Notes: a model not told the origin generated them from the sequence alone. A stretch of 64,000 nt of DNA from Hydrolagus colliei (GCA_035084275.1 CM068757.1:4898001-4962000); one strand, 5' to 3'. Shown: positions 13,346-25,295, counted from the first letter of the stretch. Program-made: numbers and translations.

Positions 13346-15126
13346 GCCTTACTTTCCATGTTGTTCAGACAATACAAGTGAAAAATTAATCAACTGCACT
13401 TCATTAGCATGGCATCATATGGTCATTCAATATATATATTTCTGAACCCATCACCTTGGCAAAAGTATTTTTTTTAATATAAAGTTTCTTCATTCAGTGA
13501 TTTGCCATATTTTTCAAAGGTTCTCCTCCAAATGGCTCAGTGAGGAAATATATCATGAATACCCGACAGATCAAGATGACCCAGATTTGATCCATTAATT
13601 AAGTTAATTAATGCTATCGGAAGAAACATAGGTGGTGTTACGATTGGCATCATTACCACCAGGCAATGCAAGGGAAAACATATCAGTAACGGTGCAGATG
13701 CCCGATTGGCATCCAATGACCCCTGGTATGAGATGTGCTCCTGATGTGAAAGGGGCTATATACAAATGTAATTTTGTCGTTATTGTTGTCTGAAGCATGC
13801 AGGAATGGACATCAGGAGAGGACACAGACAGACACACTTATACTATGATGCTCCACATAGCCATGGAGACTGCCAGCGCTCACTATCCAAGTGCACCTGT
13901 AAAGAATGATCGCGTAGGGATTCATCACCCTCAGGAGACAAGGAAGAAAACTGGCCACAAATAAATTACATTGCGATTTGAGGCTTGACCACAAATGTCT
14001 GACTTGGGGCCCAATGTCAAGGATTTTGTTTGGATCTCAGATTGTTGTTGAAGCTTTGAAATGCTGGCTAGTTGAAGGGTCTTATTATAATGGGGTGCAT
14101 GGTTAATGGATTTCCGATTACTGAGAGGCAGAACAACATCTTATTTCATGAGAATAACAGGGTATAACAGCTTGCCAGGAATCTCGTTTATTCTTCCATC
14201 GACAGCTTCTCTGCTAAACTTCAGCACCATCTTCTCAAGATAGCATCTTTTAATTAGTGCTTTGTTTCATAACCCTTACAAATAATGAACAAGATTTAGA
14301 GATAGCTCTGTAACTCTGTAAAGCTTAGCGCTGTAAAGATTCACTTATGTTATAATTATTTTACATAATCAGGGTAATGATGAAGCTTTTTATCAAGGAC
14401 TAATTTTGTGATTCAAACTTAATTTAGGACACCAACTGCAAAAACAAATCTGTAACCAAATTCCTGATTGTAATTAGTGTAAAGATAGAATGGGATAAAT
14501 TATCCCCTGGCTCTCTGTACAATAAGATCAACAAGTCCTCCCGAGGACGCACTGAAATCCGCTTAGATGACTGCTTGACAACACTTTACGTGCATTTGTG
14601 TGATAATTCAGGTCGTGGGTGCAACTGAAGACATCTAAAACAAGGTCAGATGTCTCCTAAAATTGATTGTAGCAGTTACTTAAAGCAAAGAGAGACCTGG
14701 AAAATATACATTCTAATGCCGAGAGACTCATTCATTCATTCCTCGTGCTTCAAAATAATCCCAGTGATAATTTTTCAATTCCAATTATGTTTCTGTGTAA
14801 CAGGGGATAAAATTTCAGGCAATTATACTGTGTGGGAAAAAGCTCCAACAGCCAGCAAAAATGGTGGACAGTGTCATTGATAAGTGTCAACAAAGATTTG
14901 TTGGATTGAAATGAGAAGATCGTGGATTTGAACTACTATATCTAATGGGATGATAGATGGGTAGATTGAGCTGAGAATCAAAACAGATGGAAGTTATTCT
15001 ATGAGCAACAGCTGACTGCTATGAAAGAGGGGTGTGATCTGTACATTTCCAAAGGGTCTGTAAATCGAATTAGTGTTAGGGGTGGGTGGGGGTGCAGTTT
15101 ATTTGAGTGCTCATACCTTACACCTT

Positions 15127-15610
15127 TCATAGAATCATAGAATTTTACGGTACAAAAGGAGGCCATTCAGCCCATCTAATCTGTGCCGGCTCTTTGAAAA
15201 GAGCAACTCAATCCCACTGCCCAGCTCTCTCCCCATAACCTAACAGACATGTTCTCCCTAAATAAAGATGTAATTCTCTTTTAAAAGCTGTTATCGAATC
15301 GGCCTCCACCATCTTTTCAGGCAACGCATTCCAGATTCGAACAAACCGCTGAGTGAAAAAAATTCTCCTCAGCTCCCCTCTGCTTCGTTTTGTAACCCTT
15401 TTAAGTCTTTGACCACGAGTCACGGATTTGCCCATCAGTGGAAACAGTTTTTCCTTATTCACCCTGTCAAATCCCCTCACGATTTTATAAACCTCTATGA
15501 GGTCTCCTCTCAACCTTCTCTGTTCCAAAGAGAATAAACCTAGCCTATCTAGCGTTTCCTCATAACTGAAGTCCCTCAATCCTGGTACCATTCTAGTAAA
15601 CCTTTCCTGG
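15127..15610 (-). mobile_element. Young 5'-truncated CR1 LINE; ORF2 C-terminus still open
   Basis: ORF 15208..15624: RFTRMVPGLRDFSYEETLDRLGLFSLEQRRLRGDLIEVYKI...FFTQRFVRIWNALP...FKRELHLYL is the canonical CR1 ORF2 end; 3' (ATTCTATG)n repeat. Confidence 0.96.
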
Positions 15611-16730
15611 CAAATCTTTGGCAAAATTGCGGAGATTTATCACAAATAGTGCAATGAAAAACCAGGACAGTTTCAGCCCAGAGCCAGACCTCAAAACAGA
15701 TTTGATTAGCAATTGTGAAATGAATTATAAAGACTATAAAGACAAGAGACATCATTAAAACTGCACCTAGCAAGCACAGCGCACCTCTTACAAGACTTTC
15801 TTTCATGTGGAATTATCTTCACCTCTGGTTTTACATGTCTCATTGGGATTTACTCTGGTCTTTTATCTACAGTCTGTTAATTTGGTTTGCTCACTTTTAT
15901 AATTTTTAAATCATACTCCGAATATTTTACCATCTTGCATTAGCCCCTGAATTTGGACAGGTTTCTTTTCGCAATGATGACCAACCAGGCACAAAGGCGA
16001 GACAGTGGTGTAATTATCAAACAATAGTGTCTATTCATTGACAAAATTCACTCTTGTCAAATTACAGCCTTCCACGAATCTGTCGTATCATTATATAACA
16101 AAGCATGGTCCCATGCTGCGTATAATAGGTTTTTTGCAATCAAAGAAAACAGCTGCAAATTTCGGTCCACCTCCCACATATTTGGGCAATCCAATAAAGT
16201 TTAGGTATATGGCTGAAACACTTAACGTGTTCGTCGAACCATATCTCGTGGACAATTGATACGAGTCACAAATAATGCAGTTCAAGAAAATGATCAGTTA
16301 ACAAATCCAAAACCTCAGGTATTTTTTCCAAAAGTCAAATTTGGAAATCAAGTTCGAAGAGTCTCTCTCCATCCATTGCATTTCTTTGAGGCTTCTCCTC
16401 CTGCAAACGTCAATCAATATCGAAAGAAATGTTTAAATAGATTGACTTCCCACCATAGAGATGTATTCAACTGTCTCAGATCATTGCTGATCCACTAACC
16501 ACTCTGAATCCAGAATGAACACTCTGCTGGATTTTTAAAGAAATGAGAGAACCAACAGAGCATATAAAGAAATCGATGGAGGAGTTACAGAATTGAAACA
16601 GCCAAAATATACTGAAAACATTCACTTACCTGGAGTTATTCAGTAGCTGTATTTTTGAAACATCATTAGAACAGCATTGGCATTATTCTCCCTGAAGAAG
16701 GCCGAGTCCCGAGGCCCAGTCCCTTCCATC

Positions 16731-16887
16731 TGCTGTGCGCAATTGGCTGCTGTGTTTCGCCAACAAAATATACAGTCAATACACTTTACAATATACAGTA
16801 TTAGGTAAAGTGCTTTGAGACGTTTCAATGATGTGATTAGGCTCTATATCAAATGCATGGATTCTTCTTCTTATTATTATTATTATT
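16731..16887 (+). mobile_element. SINE 3' half
   Basis: tgctgtgcgcaattggctgc...aagtgctttgagacg...tatatcaaatgcatgg then (tta)n. Confidence 0.85.
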
Positions 16888-17740
16888 CTCCTGTGTCTGG
16901 GACAGCCAGAGTGATGATGGGTTTCTACATGTCAGACATTAAGATGATCGAAAGAGATATAGTGATAGGTATAGATTTTCGCATGGCTTCGGTACTGTCA
17001 TTTACCCAGGCTAATAATCTAATTTATAATATTGTGCAGACACCATCATTTAGATCTATGTTAGAACACTGACAGGATATAGGGGAATACAAGCAACCTA
17101 ATTGGCATCACCACATAGAGTGGGACGTTTCTGGTTTTAGTGCAAATCATTACCTTGCCTCGAGTTCCCTATAATACAGCATGTTAAATTAACTGTTTTA
17201 TGTTCCTGATTCGAGTTCACATTATTCAGTTTGAAAAAAAAATCACTGTGATAGAACAATCTGTGTGTGCATTTTGTAAGCTGCAAAGTGCTTGCACAAG
17301 CTGTTCAAGCAGCTGAATAATATTAAAAATTTCTGTGAAGAAAATGGTCGGGCTGAAGTCGTATCAGAGGAATATTTTGACTTGTACAACTTATCTACTT
17401 ATAACTAACGTCAAAGCAATCCGCCCAAAGGCTTGCTCGAAACTTACAACTTCTGTGAACATATAAAATTTCAATGAGCTGGACATTCAATGTTACATCA
17501 GAGAGTTTTGTATTTGAAGATGATCTTGCCTTCTGTGTTCCCTATAGTACAGTTATATCAATACTGGAATTGCAGAGTGAGAAATTTTCCAGATCACTGT
17601 TTACACCCAAGATGGAAAATCACATTTCTTTTGCCAGAAGGGATTAATTTGTGCAATCCTTCGGGGTGCTGTATCCACTCTTGCATAATTAACAGCTCAG
17701 GTATGAATCGATGGAAAATTGCCACAGAGTCAATAAAATT

Positions 17741-18048
17741 ATAATAATAATCTTTGCATTTGATATGATGCTTTTCATGTCTTCCAGACGTCTCAAACGG
17801 CTTCACAGAATATACTGCAAAATGAATTGACTGTATATTTGAGGGTGAAACGCGGCAGCCAATTACGCACAGCAGTGTCCCACAAACAGTGGTGGATTGA
17901 AAATGATCAATTTCTTATTGTGTTTTTTCAAGGGATTATTTTACACATGTGGAGTAAGGAAATGTACCTAAGGTTTCTCACTGCCTGGAATCAAACCCAG
18001 ATCTCTCGCTCGCAAAGCGAGTGCTCTAACCACTGAGCTACAGGACTC
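17741..18048 (-). mobile_element. Full-length tRNA-derived SINE, subfamily B
   Basis: Ends gtgctctaaccactgagctacaggactc on the plus strand; full core and tail. Confidence 0.93.
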
Positions 18049-19477
18049 TGAATACTCACACATGTCCTTACTGTCATTTACTAACTCCCATAGTTTATTA
18101 ACTTCCACAGTCTGTAAAGTGCTTGGAACATAATTGCTTTGCTCTATTGCCTACCTGCAAATATGTTAACTCAGAAGTGTTCTAAGAAAATCCTCAACTC
18201 GGTTGTTTTCTGCAGGCCTGCAAAACTGGATCAAAAGTAACACACGTGGTTGACTTTTGACAGATAATTTGAGATAGATTGTTATTCTATGAATTGTACT
18301 TCATACTGAGTTCTGTTGAACACGTCTTTTTAAAAAACAATACACAAATACAACACCTGAATAGTTTGTCTTTTATGCTCTGAAAATTACTGGACCACTG
18401 AGAAACATTGAGAGTATGGTTTATCGTGAGGAAAACTTATATATAGCTAAGCGTTTTGGAGTACTGTGCATTCTCAGGTCCCCGAATATTAATATCATCC
18501 AAGCCATATAATTTTTATTAAAGCACCAAATCATTGCAGTAGTTTTGAGTGACAGAAATGCAAAATATCTACAGTACTGACCAACTCAGTCAGGTTTATC
18601 TGTGGTATCAGAAACATCATCTCGGAAAGGAAAAATCAAGTAGTGGATCTTAAGTACCACTGCCCCTTTCAGTGACGTCTTTGTGCTTTTTAATTGCACA
18701 ATTATAATAGATACACACTCACATGATGGAGCCGGTGGCTTGATTGAAGGGCTCCACTAAAGTGCTTCATCAATCAAGCTTCTTCTCCCTCAATTGCACT
18801 CACCAAGTTCCATCATCTTTGATAATTCTACAGGAAAGGTCTGTTTTTGTGGTGATTAATTCCATTCGTTAGGAAATCAAAGAACTGTGACCTCAAATGT
18901 TATGTCAATTTTCTGAGAATTTTCTGATGTCAATTACCAAGTTGCTGAGTGATCTTATAAGAATTCTTGTACAGTATTTGATGTAGCTCCTTTGAAATCT
19001 GGAGGATGTCTCAAAGCACGTTTTAGGATTTAATCAAAGTGTATTGACTGTATTTTGCAACTTTTTACAAACAACCAGGGAATGAATGATCCAGTCGAAG
19101 TCAATTAGAAGGAATTTGTGAATCTTTCTCATCTGATCTTACCTCTTGGCAAGTAAGTCAGAATGAAAGAGTGGTGGACTGATTCTAAAATACTCTTGAA
19201 TCTTGTACCTGACCATATGAATCCTGAGCAATCGTCAAATTCGGGTACAATCAAAAACCGCTCAGCAATCATCATGGCGAAAATCAATTCTACCAAATCC
19301 TAACTATGATTAAAAAAATACATTCTAATCATTAGCTTTTTAGTGTATATTTTGTTTTTAAGATAACTTTTGCTGCTTTTATACATCACCATGTGTTAGA
19401 GTCCAGAAAAAGACAAACTCAAATCCACCGTTGAAATACTCAGAAGGTATTTGTTATCTGAAACTCGGGAAAGGCTC

Positions 19478-19853
19478 AATAATAATAACAATAATAATAA
19501 TCCTTGCATTTGATATAGCGCTTTTCACGTCTTCTAGACACAGCACTTCACAGAATATAACACCAACACCTTAACAACAACTTGGACTTATATAGTGCCC
19601 TCCACACTGGACGGCGTCTCAGAGCACTTCGACTTTATACTGTAAAGTGAGTCAACGGTATATTTGTGGACACAATTGCACACAGCATTGTCCCACAAAC
19701 AGTCATGGATTGAATTGACCAATTGTATTTTTTTGAGGGATTATTATTTGGCGTGTGGAGTAAGGAAACTTGCCCAAGGTCCATCCTGTCTGGAATCGAA
19801 CCGAGGTTTCTCATTTGTAAGGCAAGTGCTCTGACCACTGAGCTACAGGACTC
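19478..19853 (-). mobile_element. Full-length SINE (subfamily B) interrupted by a 76 bp insertion at 19560-19635
   Basis: The SINE consensus cagaatatactgtaaag is split, with tata on both sides of the insert. Confidence 0.9.
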
Positions 19854-20099
19854 GACATTAAGATACGGATCTAAAAATGAAATTTGAACTGTGGAGTGAG
19901 GGTTTTCCAAATGAATTTGTAATTCAAGGTTTGCCGACTGTGAAATTAAAAGTTTATTCGGAATTTCGAGGAACAGAAAATATATCTCTCAAAGTCAGAT
20001 TTCAGTCCTTGCCTGCCAAAGACAGAGATGATATTATATCCTGCAAAATTCTTGTGTTGTGTCATTGCTATGTAAGTTAGTCAGTAGTAGGTCTAATAG

Positions 20100-20212
20100 G
20101 AGGAAGTACTTCGTGCAGATGATGGTACTAATGTGGAACTCATTGCTGGAAGATACCTTTGAAGCAAAAAACATCAAAGTATTTAAGAGAAGACTTGATG
20201 GTTACATGTGTA
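20100..20212 (+). mobile_element. Old CR1 fragment
   Basis: Reads KYFVQMMVLMWNSLLEDTFEAKNIKVFKRRLDGYM, like CR1 FF.QRVV..WNSLP...VEA.....FK..LD.YM. Confidence 0.7.
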
Positions 20213-21052
20213 GAAGAGTATCGAATTAACTACCCCATTTCCAATGTCAATAGTTTGTAACTACATACTCTAATCCTTGACTGAATTTAAAAGTTGTCAC
20301 TCTTTGACATCCCATCTGCGGTGCAATTAAAACACAGCATTAGTTAGATTTTCTCGTGAATTAAATTACGTTATGCTCAAAATGGTGCCATAATTAGTTA
20401 TTTTTGTAAAAAAAAAATTCTGGACTTTGGCTCCATTCTAAGTTGCTGGCATTCCTACAACACCTGACCCACTTTGACGAACAAGAAATAAAGTCTATAT
20501 TATATTAGTGCAGACTGAATGAGTTTCAGCTGTTTCATGTCTCTCGGCAGAGCATTCTCTGCTTACATATTCAGACAGTCTGCCTTGCCATAAGATCAGT
20601 TTTTTGTTATTAATTATGAGTTCATGATACAATTGAAGACTGTTCCCTCTTGTGGAAAATGCAGGACTCACAGAATTTCATTTCACTTACATAAGAAGGG
20701 AATAATTTAATGGGATGGTGGGGGGAGGAAGGGCTCAAACAGGAAATTTAAACTTGCAGTGAATTAATCACCCCATAACTTGGAGCAAGAAAAATGTGTC
20801 TTAGCAGTATGGCAGGAATAAATAGAAATTCTAACATACAGTACTATATTTAGTTTGGATCAGCTTGCTCTAATTGAAAAGTGATCTCACAGTCCAAATG
20901 GATTCATGGCATCTCTGTAGCCTATCTATTTGCTCACTCCAAGCATTCCTGTAGCTCCGAGCGCGCCTGCCAATTTAGTTCTACATTTGGGACAGTTCTA
21001 CAGTTATGCTTGCAGGTACCAGAGAGAAAGGTGTCCGTTATCCCCGCAAATT

Positions 21053-21115
21053 GGGTTTGATTTGAACCTAGGTCCCAGAGGTGAAAGAGCTGCCTGCGGC
21101 CATACAATCCCATTC
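21053..21115 (-). mobile_element. LF-SINE-like tRNA head remnant
   Basis: Minus strand CTTTCACCTCTGGGACCTAGGTTCAAATC resembles the recalled LF-SINE head CTTTCACCTCTAGGTCACTGGGTTCGAATC; contains a B box. Confidence 0.45.
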
Positions 21116-21159
21116 CTGTTTCTCTCCTGTATCGCTGGTTTCTAAGACTAGTTGCTTAC

Positions 21160-21209
21160 CTCATTCGGGGACCTGAAATTCCATTTAGATGTTTCTTCTC
21201 CATGGCCAT
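21160..21209 (-). other. Candidate short first coding exon (unverified)
   Basis: gccATGG at 21203, open frame (MA)MEKKHLNGISGPRM, consensus donor GAG|GTAAGC at 21160/21159. Peptide not recognised. Confidence 0.2.
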
Positions 21210-22367
21210 TGAAGGGCCGTTGGACCAAGTGACAGTTAGTTTAATTCTGTTTATTACTTGCTGTCTTATTCGGGCACTTTGTCACCATCCAGCCTTTTCT
21301 GTATATGGCGCGCTGAATCCGAGTCGCTTTCACTCGAATTCTCCTGCGCGGCCAGTCACATTGACTCACCAAATGGGAATGTATCAATCCTTCATCAGTT
21401 CAAGTTCACTGCTTTGGATTAGCAGCTTCAGGAGGCAAAATATTCATTGAAAACTAGTTTTTCTCAAAACATTCTATGCCTGACAGTTCTAACTTAGGTT
21501 GCCCCCTCAATGTAAGTATTTTATGAACTCCTTTGTACAACTATTCCTCTTGCATGCATTTATGTGAGAATCACAGTTACATTCAAAGAGCGTGAAATGT
21601 GTAAGCATTTCCGATGGACTATGCAGCGTTTGCTATTCCTGAGATAATGATCCAAACAGTGTATTGCTTCATTATTTTTCACACTGTATGCTTCTGCGTA
21701 CAGTATGTACAACGGTTTAATCCACTCTCAAATCATCAATACTTCCCGTCCAAGTTCACTTTTCACGTCAAACCGCATTGGTGAATAGGCTCTTCAATCC
21801 GCCAAGGCAAAAACATGAAGTCAGCAGACACAATCTTTAGCAATAACCTTCAAGAATGAGGAGTTGGTTTCTCTCCGGCAACATTTGAATGAAGGCAAAT
21901 CCACATCTTGTGAACAGATTGCAATTCAGAATAAAGACACAGTGGTGATTTCAATTTCACGAACCACTCCTGAAACAAAATCCTTCATTGCTTACAATTC
22001 AGTTCTATGATAATCATCCTTTACAATGGCACCAATTTCCTTTTATTGTTGCAACAGTGTGTACATTCCTGCAACAAGGGAGCATGTTAAAGTAAATTGA
22101 AACAACTGGTGCACATTCCGTTCAGTAATTGCCATCACACAGCATGCAGCGCATTCTTCAGGATGTTCCTATTCCTATTAGATCCCAGCCACTACAGTCC
22201 CATAGCAAGTACATCGACCGAGCAAGCCATAATTATAGTCAGAGCGTTTCCACTATGACTCGTGTTCATTTGTCTCTTTCAGTTTAAATCTGAAAAAAGA
22301 GCTAACTGAATAGGAGGCCACCTTCTTTACTCCCTCTCCTGACTTGGTGTCTGACTTTGTCCTTACG

Positions 22368-22430
22368 AGGAGCTCTGAGGCACTATCCTACATGAAGGGC
22401 GCTATATCTAAAGGCAAAGTATTGTTGTTG
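22368..22430 (+). mobile_element. L2-type 3' tail remnant
   Basis: gagctctgaggcactatcctacatgaagggcgctatatctaaaggcaaagtattgttgttg. Confidence 0.6.
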
Positions 22431-22574
22431 CTTCATGGGGGCACATTAGAAAGAACTTCTGAATACACCTGCTTCATCCTGTAAATCTGCAGTTCGGTAT
22501 CAACCAACCTGCAAAAACAACTACTTTAGGTCATTAATCCCCTTAAATTTACAATGTACCGGGTAAAGGAACGG

Positions 22575-22680
22575 AAACAAAAACAGAAGTCGCTGGGAAG
22601 ACTCAACAGGTCAGGCAGCATCTATGGATAAAGGCAAGTGAGTCAACGTTTCGGGCCCACAATCCTTCATCAGAACTGGG
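22575..22680 (-). mobile_element. Penelope-like element terminal repeat
   Basis: aaaacagaagtcgctgggaagactcaacaggtcaggcagcatctatgga...aacgtttcggg...cttcatcagaact matches a recalled abundant chondrichthyan Penelope-type repeat and carries a hammerhead core. Confidence 0.7.
22641..22677 (-). ncRNA. Minimal type I hammerhead ribozyme motif (possibly degenerate)
   Basis: Minus strand AGUU-CUGAUGA-A-GGAUUGUGGGCCC-GAAAC-GUU-GACU: both catalytic boxes, stem I AGUU/GACU, weak stem II, palindromic ACGU in place of stem III. Confidence 0.6.
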
Positions 22681-23407
22681 GCATACTTGGAGAAAAACAG
22701 AAAGGCCGACGCAACTACTTCTTTTCAAATGTTAAATGTGGAGGTAGAGCTTTCTGGGTAACACTGCTTAATCCTCAAACGTACCAGAAATTCACGTGTC
22801 ACAAAATTCTGTATCACGTCAGACTTTATTCTCAGGCATTCCAATCTTCTTGTATGTTCTAATTTGTTCAGTCTGGATTCTACAAATTTGAGCAAGACTA
22901 GTATTCAAGTTATACCCTGCCCTATTCAGTATAATTTTAAAGAGCGCCTGTTTAATAATGATGGGTTGAGTGATCAAACCATTGGTAAATAAATAATGGA
23001 AGCTAAACTTCCAATTCATGAAGAGGATCTGGGAAGAGTTGTTGGGAATAGTAGGGTTTGATTTAGATTGTCTGGTCAGGACAGGCATCGTCCGTCCATC
23101 AAGGCATCAATTACATTCAATTTAGTTTCAATTTTACGTTGCACCATTTCTCGATATTTTAGTAAGTGCTCTTAATTTAAAATAAGTGAACATGCATCTA
23201 TTCCTAGCTTCAGTCAGCAGTAACTAATAGCAGTCCATAATTAATAGAGATACAATAATCTAAAATGTTAACTTATCTTTCTCTTGTAGATAATGATCAC
23301 TCTGCTTGCAAATTCTCCATTTAGATTTCAATTTGCCTTGAATTTCTCTTTTCAAGTGTTTTGGGGGATAGTTCTTTGAAAACTTAATTTTACTCAAATG
23401 ACTAAAA

Positions 23408-23555
23408 TATAATAATAATCCTTGCAATTGATAAAGCGCTTTTCACGTCTTCAAAGCGCTTCACACAATATACTGTCAAGTGAATTAACTGTATATTTGT
23501 GGGTGAAACGTGGCAGCCAATTGCACACAGCATCCCACAAACAGCAACGGATTGA
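23408..23555 (-). mobile_element. SINE 3' half
   Basis: (aat)n-ccttgcaattgataaagcgcttttcacgtc...gcagccaattgcacacagc. Confidence 0.88.
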
Positions 23556-25295
23556 AAAGGGGATGTTAGCCTCTATTGGTTGGCAAACATAGAACCCAGA
23601 AAGCAATTATCTTCTGGTGCGCCAAATATGATCTTTCAACTACAAATTACACCTTTACATTATACCCTGGGAAGCTCTTTAAGGCCTCTTCCTAATGTCA
23701 AAGGCGCTAAATCAAACAAACGGATTGTTATCGCTTAAGGTGGTATTGATTTATCTACTTTAGCTGAAAGATTGTCTCTCAAATACCCAAACTTGTAATA
23801 ATCAAACGGGTTTAAACAACTCCTCGGTTAAGCAATTTGGAGCCTGCCTCCTTTAAGCGCTGTCTTAATTTGCATTAGCAGCCACATATGCCTCATGCTT
23901 CAAAGGGTGGTTGTAGGCCACAACAATTAATATCAGTAAAGGTATTTGTTCTCAATATTGTTTGTTATGTGCTTGAACGGCTGGCTAAATTGCAAGTGGG
24001 ACAAAAAGAAACAAACATAAGTGGGCAAATCAGGCCCAAATAAATTAAACTGATTGGTAATAAAACGAGCACCAGAATTGTTAGCAGGACTAAATAACAA
24101 TTGAAATATATCATAAAGAATAAAATGATTAAGCTAAATTACAACTCAACCATTAATAACATCAGGACTAGTTAATTGGTTTCAGAATTGAAATAATCTG
24201 ACGCATCATAAACCAGAAATATACAATCAATTAGAAATTCTTCCGATTGCAGTGCAGTCGGAGTTAATGAATTTCTAAAGGCACCTCAATCACAGCGGTT
24301 TCTTACACAGCTCAATAAATGTGCTAGATTAGTGACTAAGTATTAGTTTAACATTTCAAGAGATAATTCACTCTACTTCGAATGCGTCTTTTAATGCATC
24401 AAGAAATGCGAACTATGGCACCTTGGCTTGTTGCGAGTGAGTTCCACCCAGCAATTGGTATTTTCATTATTGTTTTACTCATTAGAGTCTATTCTCCCCT
24501 TATCGGTAAAAATTATGACATCAATAATATGGAAATGCGTCACAATTGCTACCGGAACAACTTTGAATACAAGTGGCAGATAATCAAATCTCTGCTCAGT
24601 GCAAATAGAGTTCATGGTCAATTTGTGTAGACTATGTGTATTTGGTAAGTGAAATATAACATGCAGAGGTTTGGATTAATTTTTATAGGAATGTTTTTGT
24701 GATATTCCACTGCAACTGTGTGCAACATTTTGCCAGGATCATATTAGAGCTTTACACAGCATTAAAATTTCAAAGAGTTTTGGGGGAAACATTGGGAATG
24801 CTTCAAAATGAGGGTGCTGACAATGCTATGCTGGGTCAAATCTATCCAGGCAGAAGTTAGACATATTTTCATTCCAACGTCACATTGTTTAGACTTATAT
24901 GCTTCACAAAATTCGTCAAAGTAGCCAGAAAAGCCAAGGCAGCAGGGAGAGATAGGAGAAAAGATTGGGACTTGTGCAGAATGATTTGTCACAACCTCTG
25001 GTACTTTTATGATGCTCTTAGATCACAAACTTGGATTACCATAAGAAAATTACAACCATAAATTAAGCTGTTAAAACATTCACCAAGGCATTAGTCACTA
25101 TAACCACCTCTCTCCATTTTCGGCTTCTCACTCTAAGCACTGGGGTGGGGTCATGTTATTGAGGGTGATGGGATGATTTGTTTCTCGTTTTACCCATTTT
25201 GTTTCATTAGAATTTAGATCCGGTTTTTCATTAGAGCACTCAGTCACAACAGGCACCTATCACATCCAGAGGCCTTCAAGGCACCTACAATCAAT

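Noticed and set aside
15208-15624. 138 aa ORF as a host gene
   Set aside because: It is the CR1 ORF2 C-terminus of a 5'-truncated insertion.
16629-16730. Minus-strand coding exon ending CAG|GTAAGT
   Set aside because: Stops in all three frames and no polypyrimidine tract; at most a non-coding exon.
21385-21398. Second hammerhead (caatccttcatcag, identical to 22660-22673)
   Set aside because: CUGAUGA is present on the minus strand but there is no properly placed GAAA or stem II.
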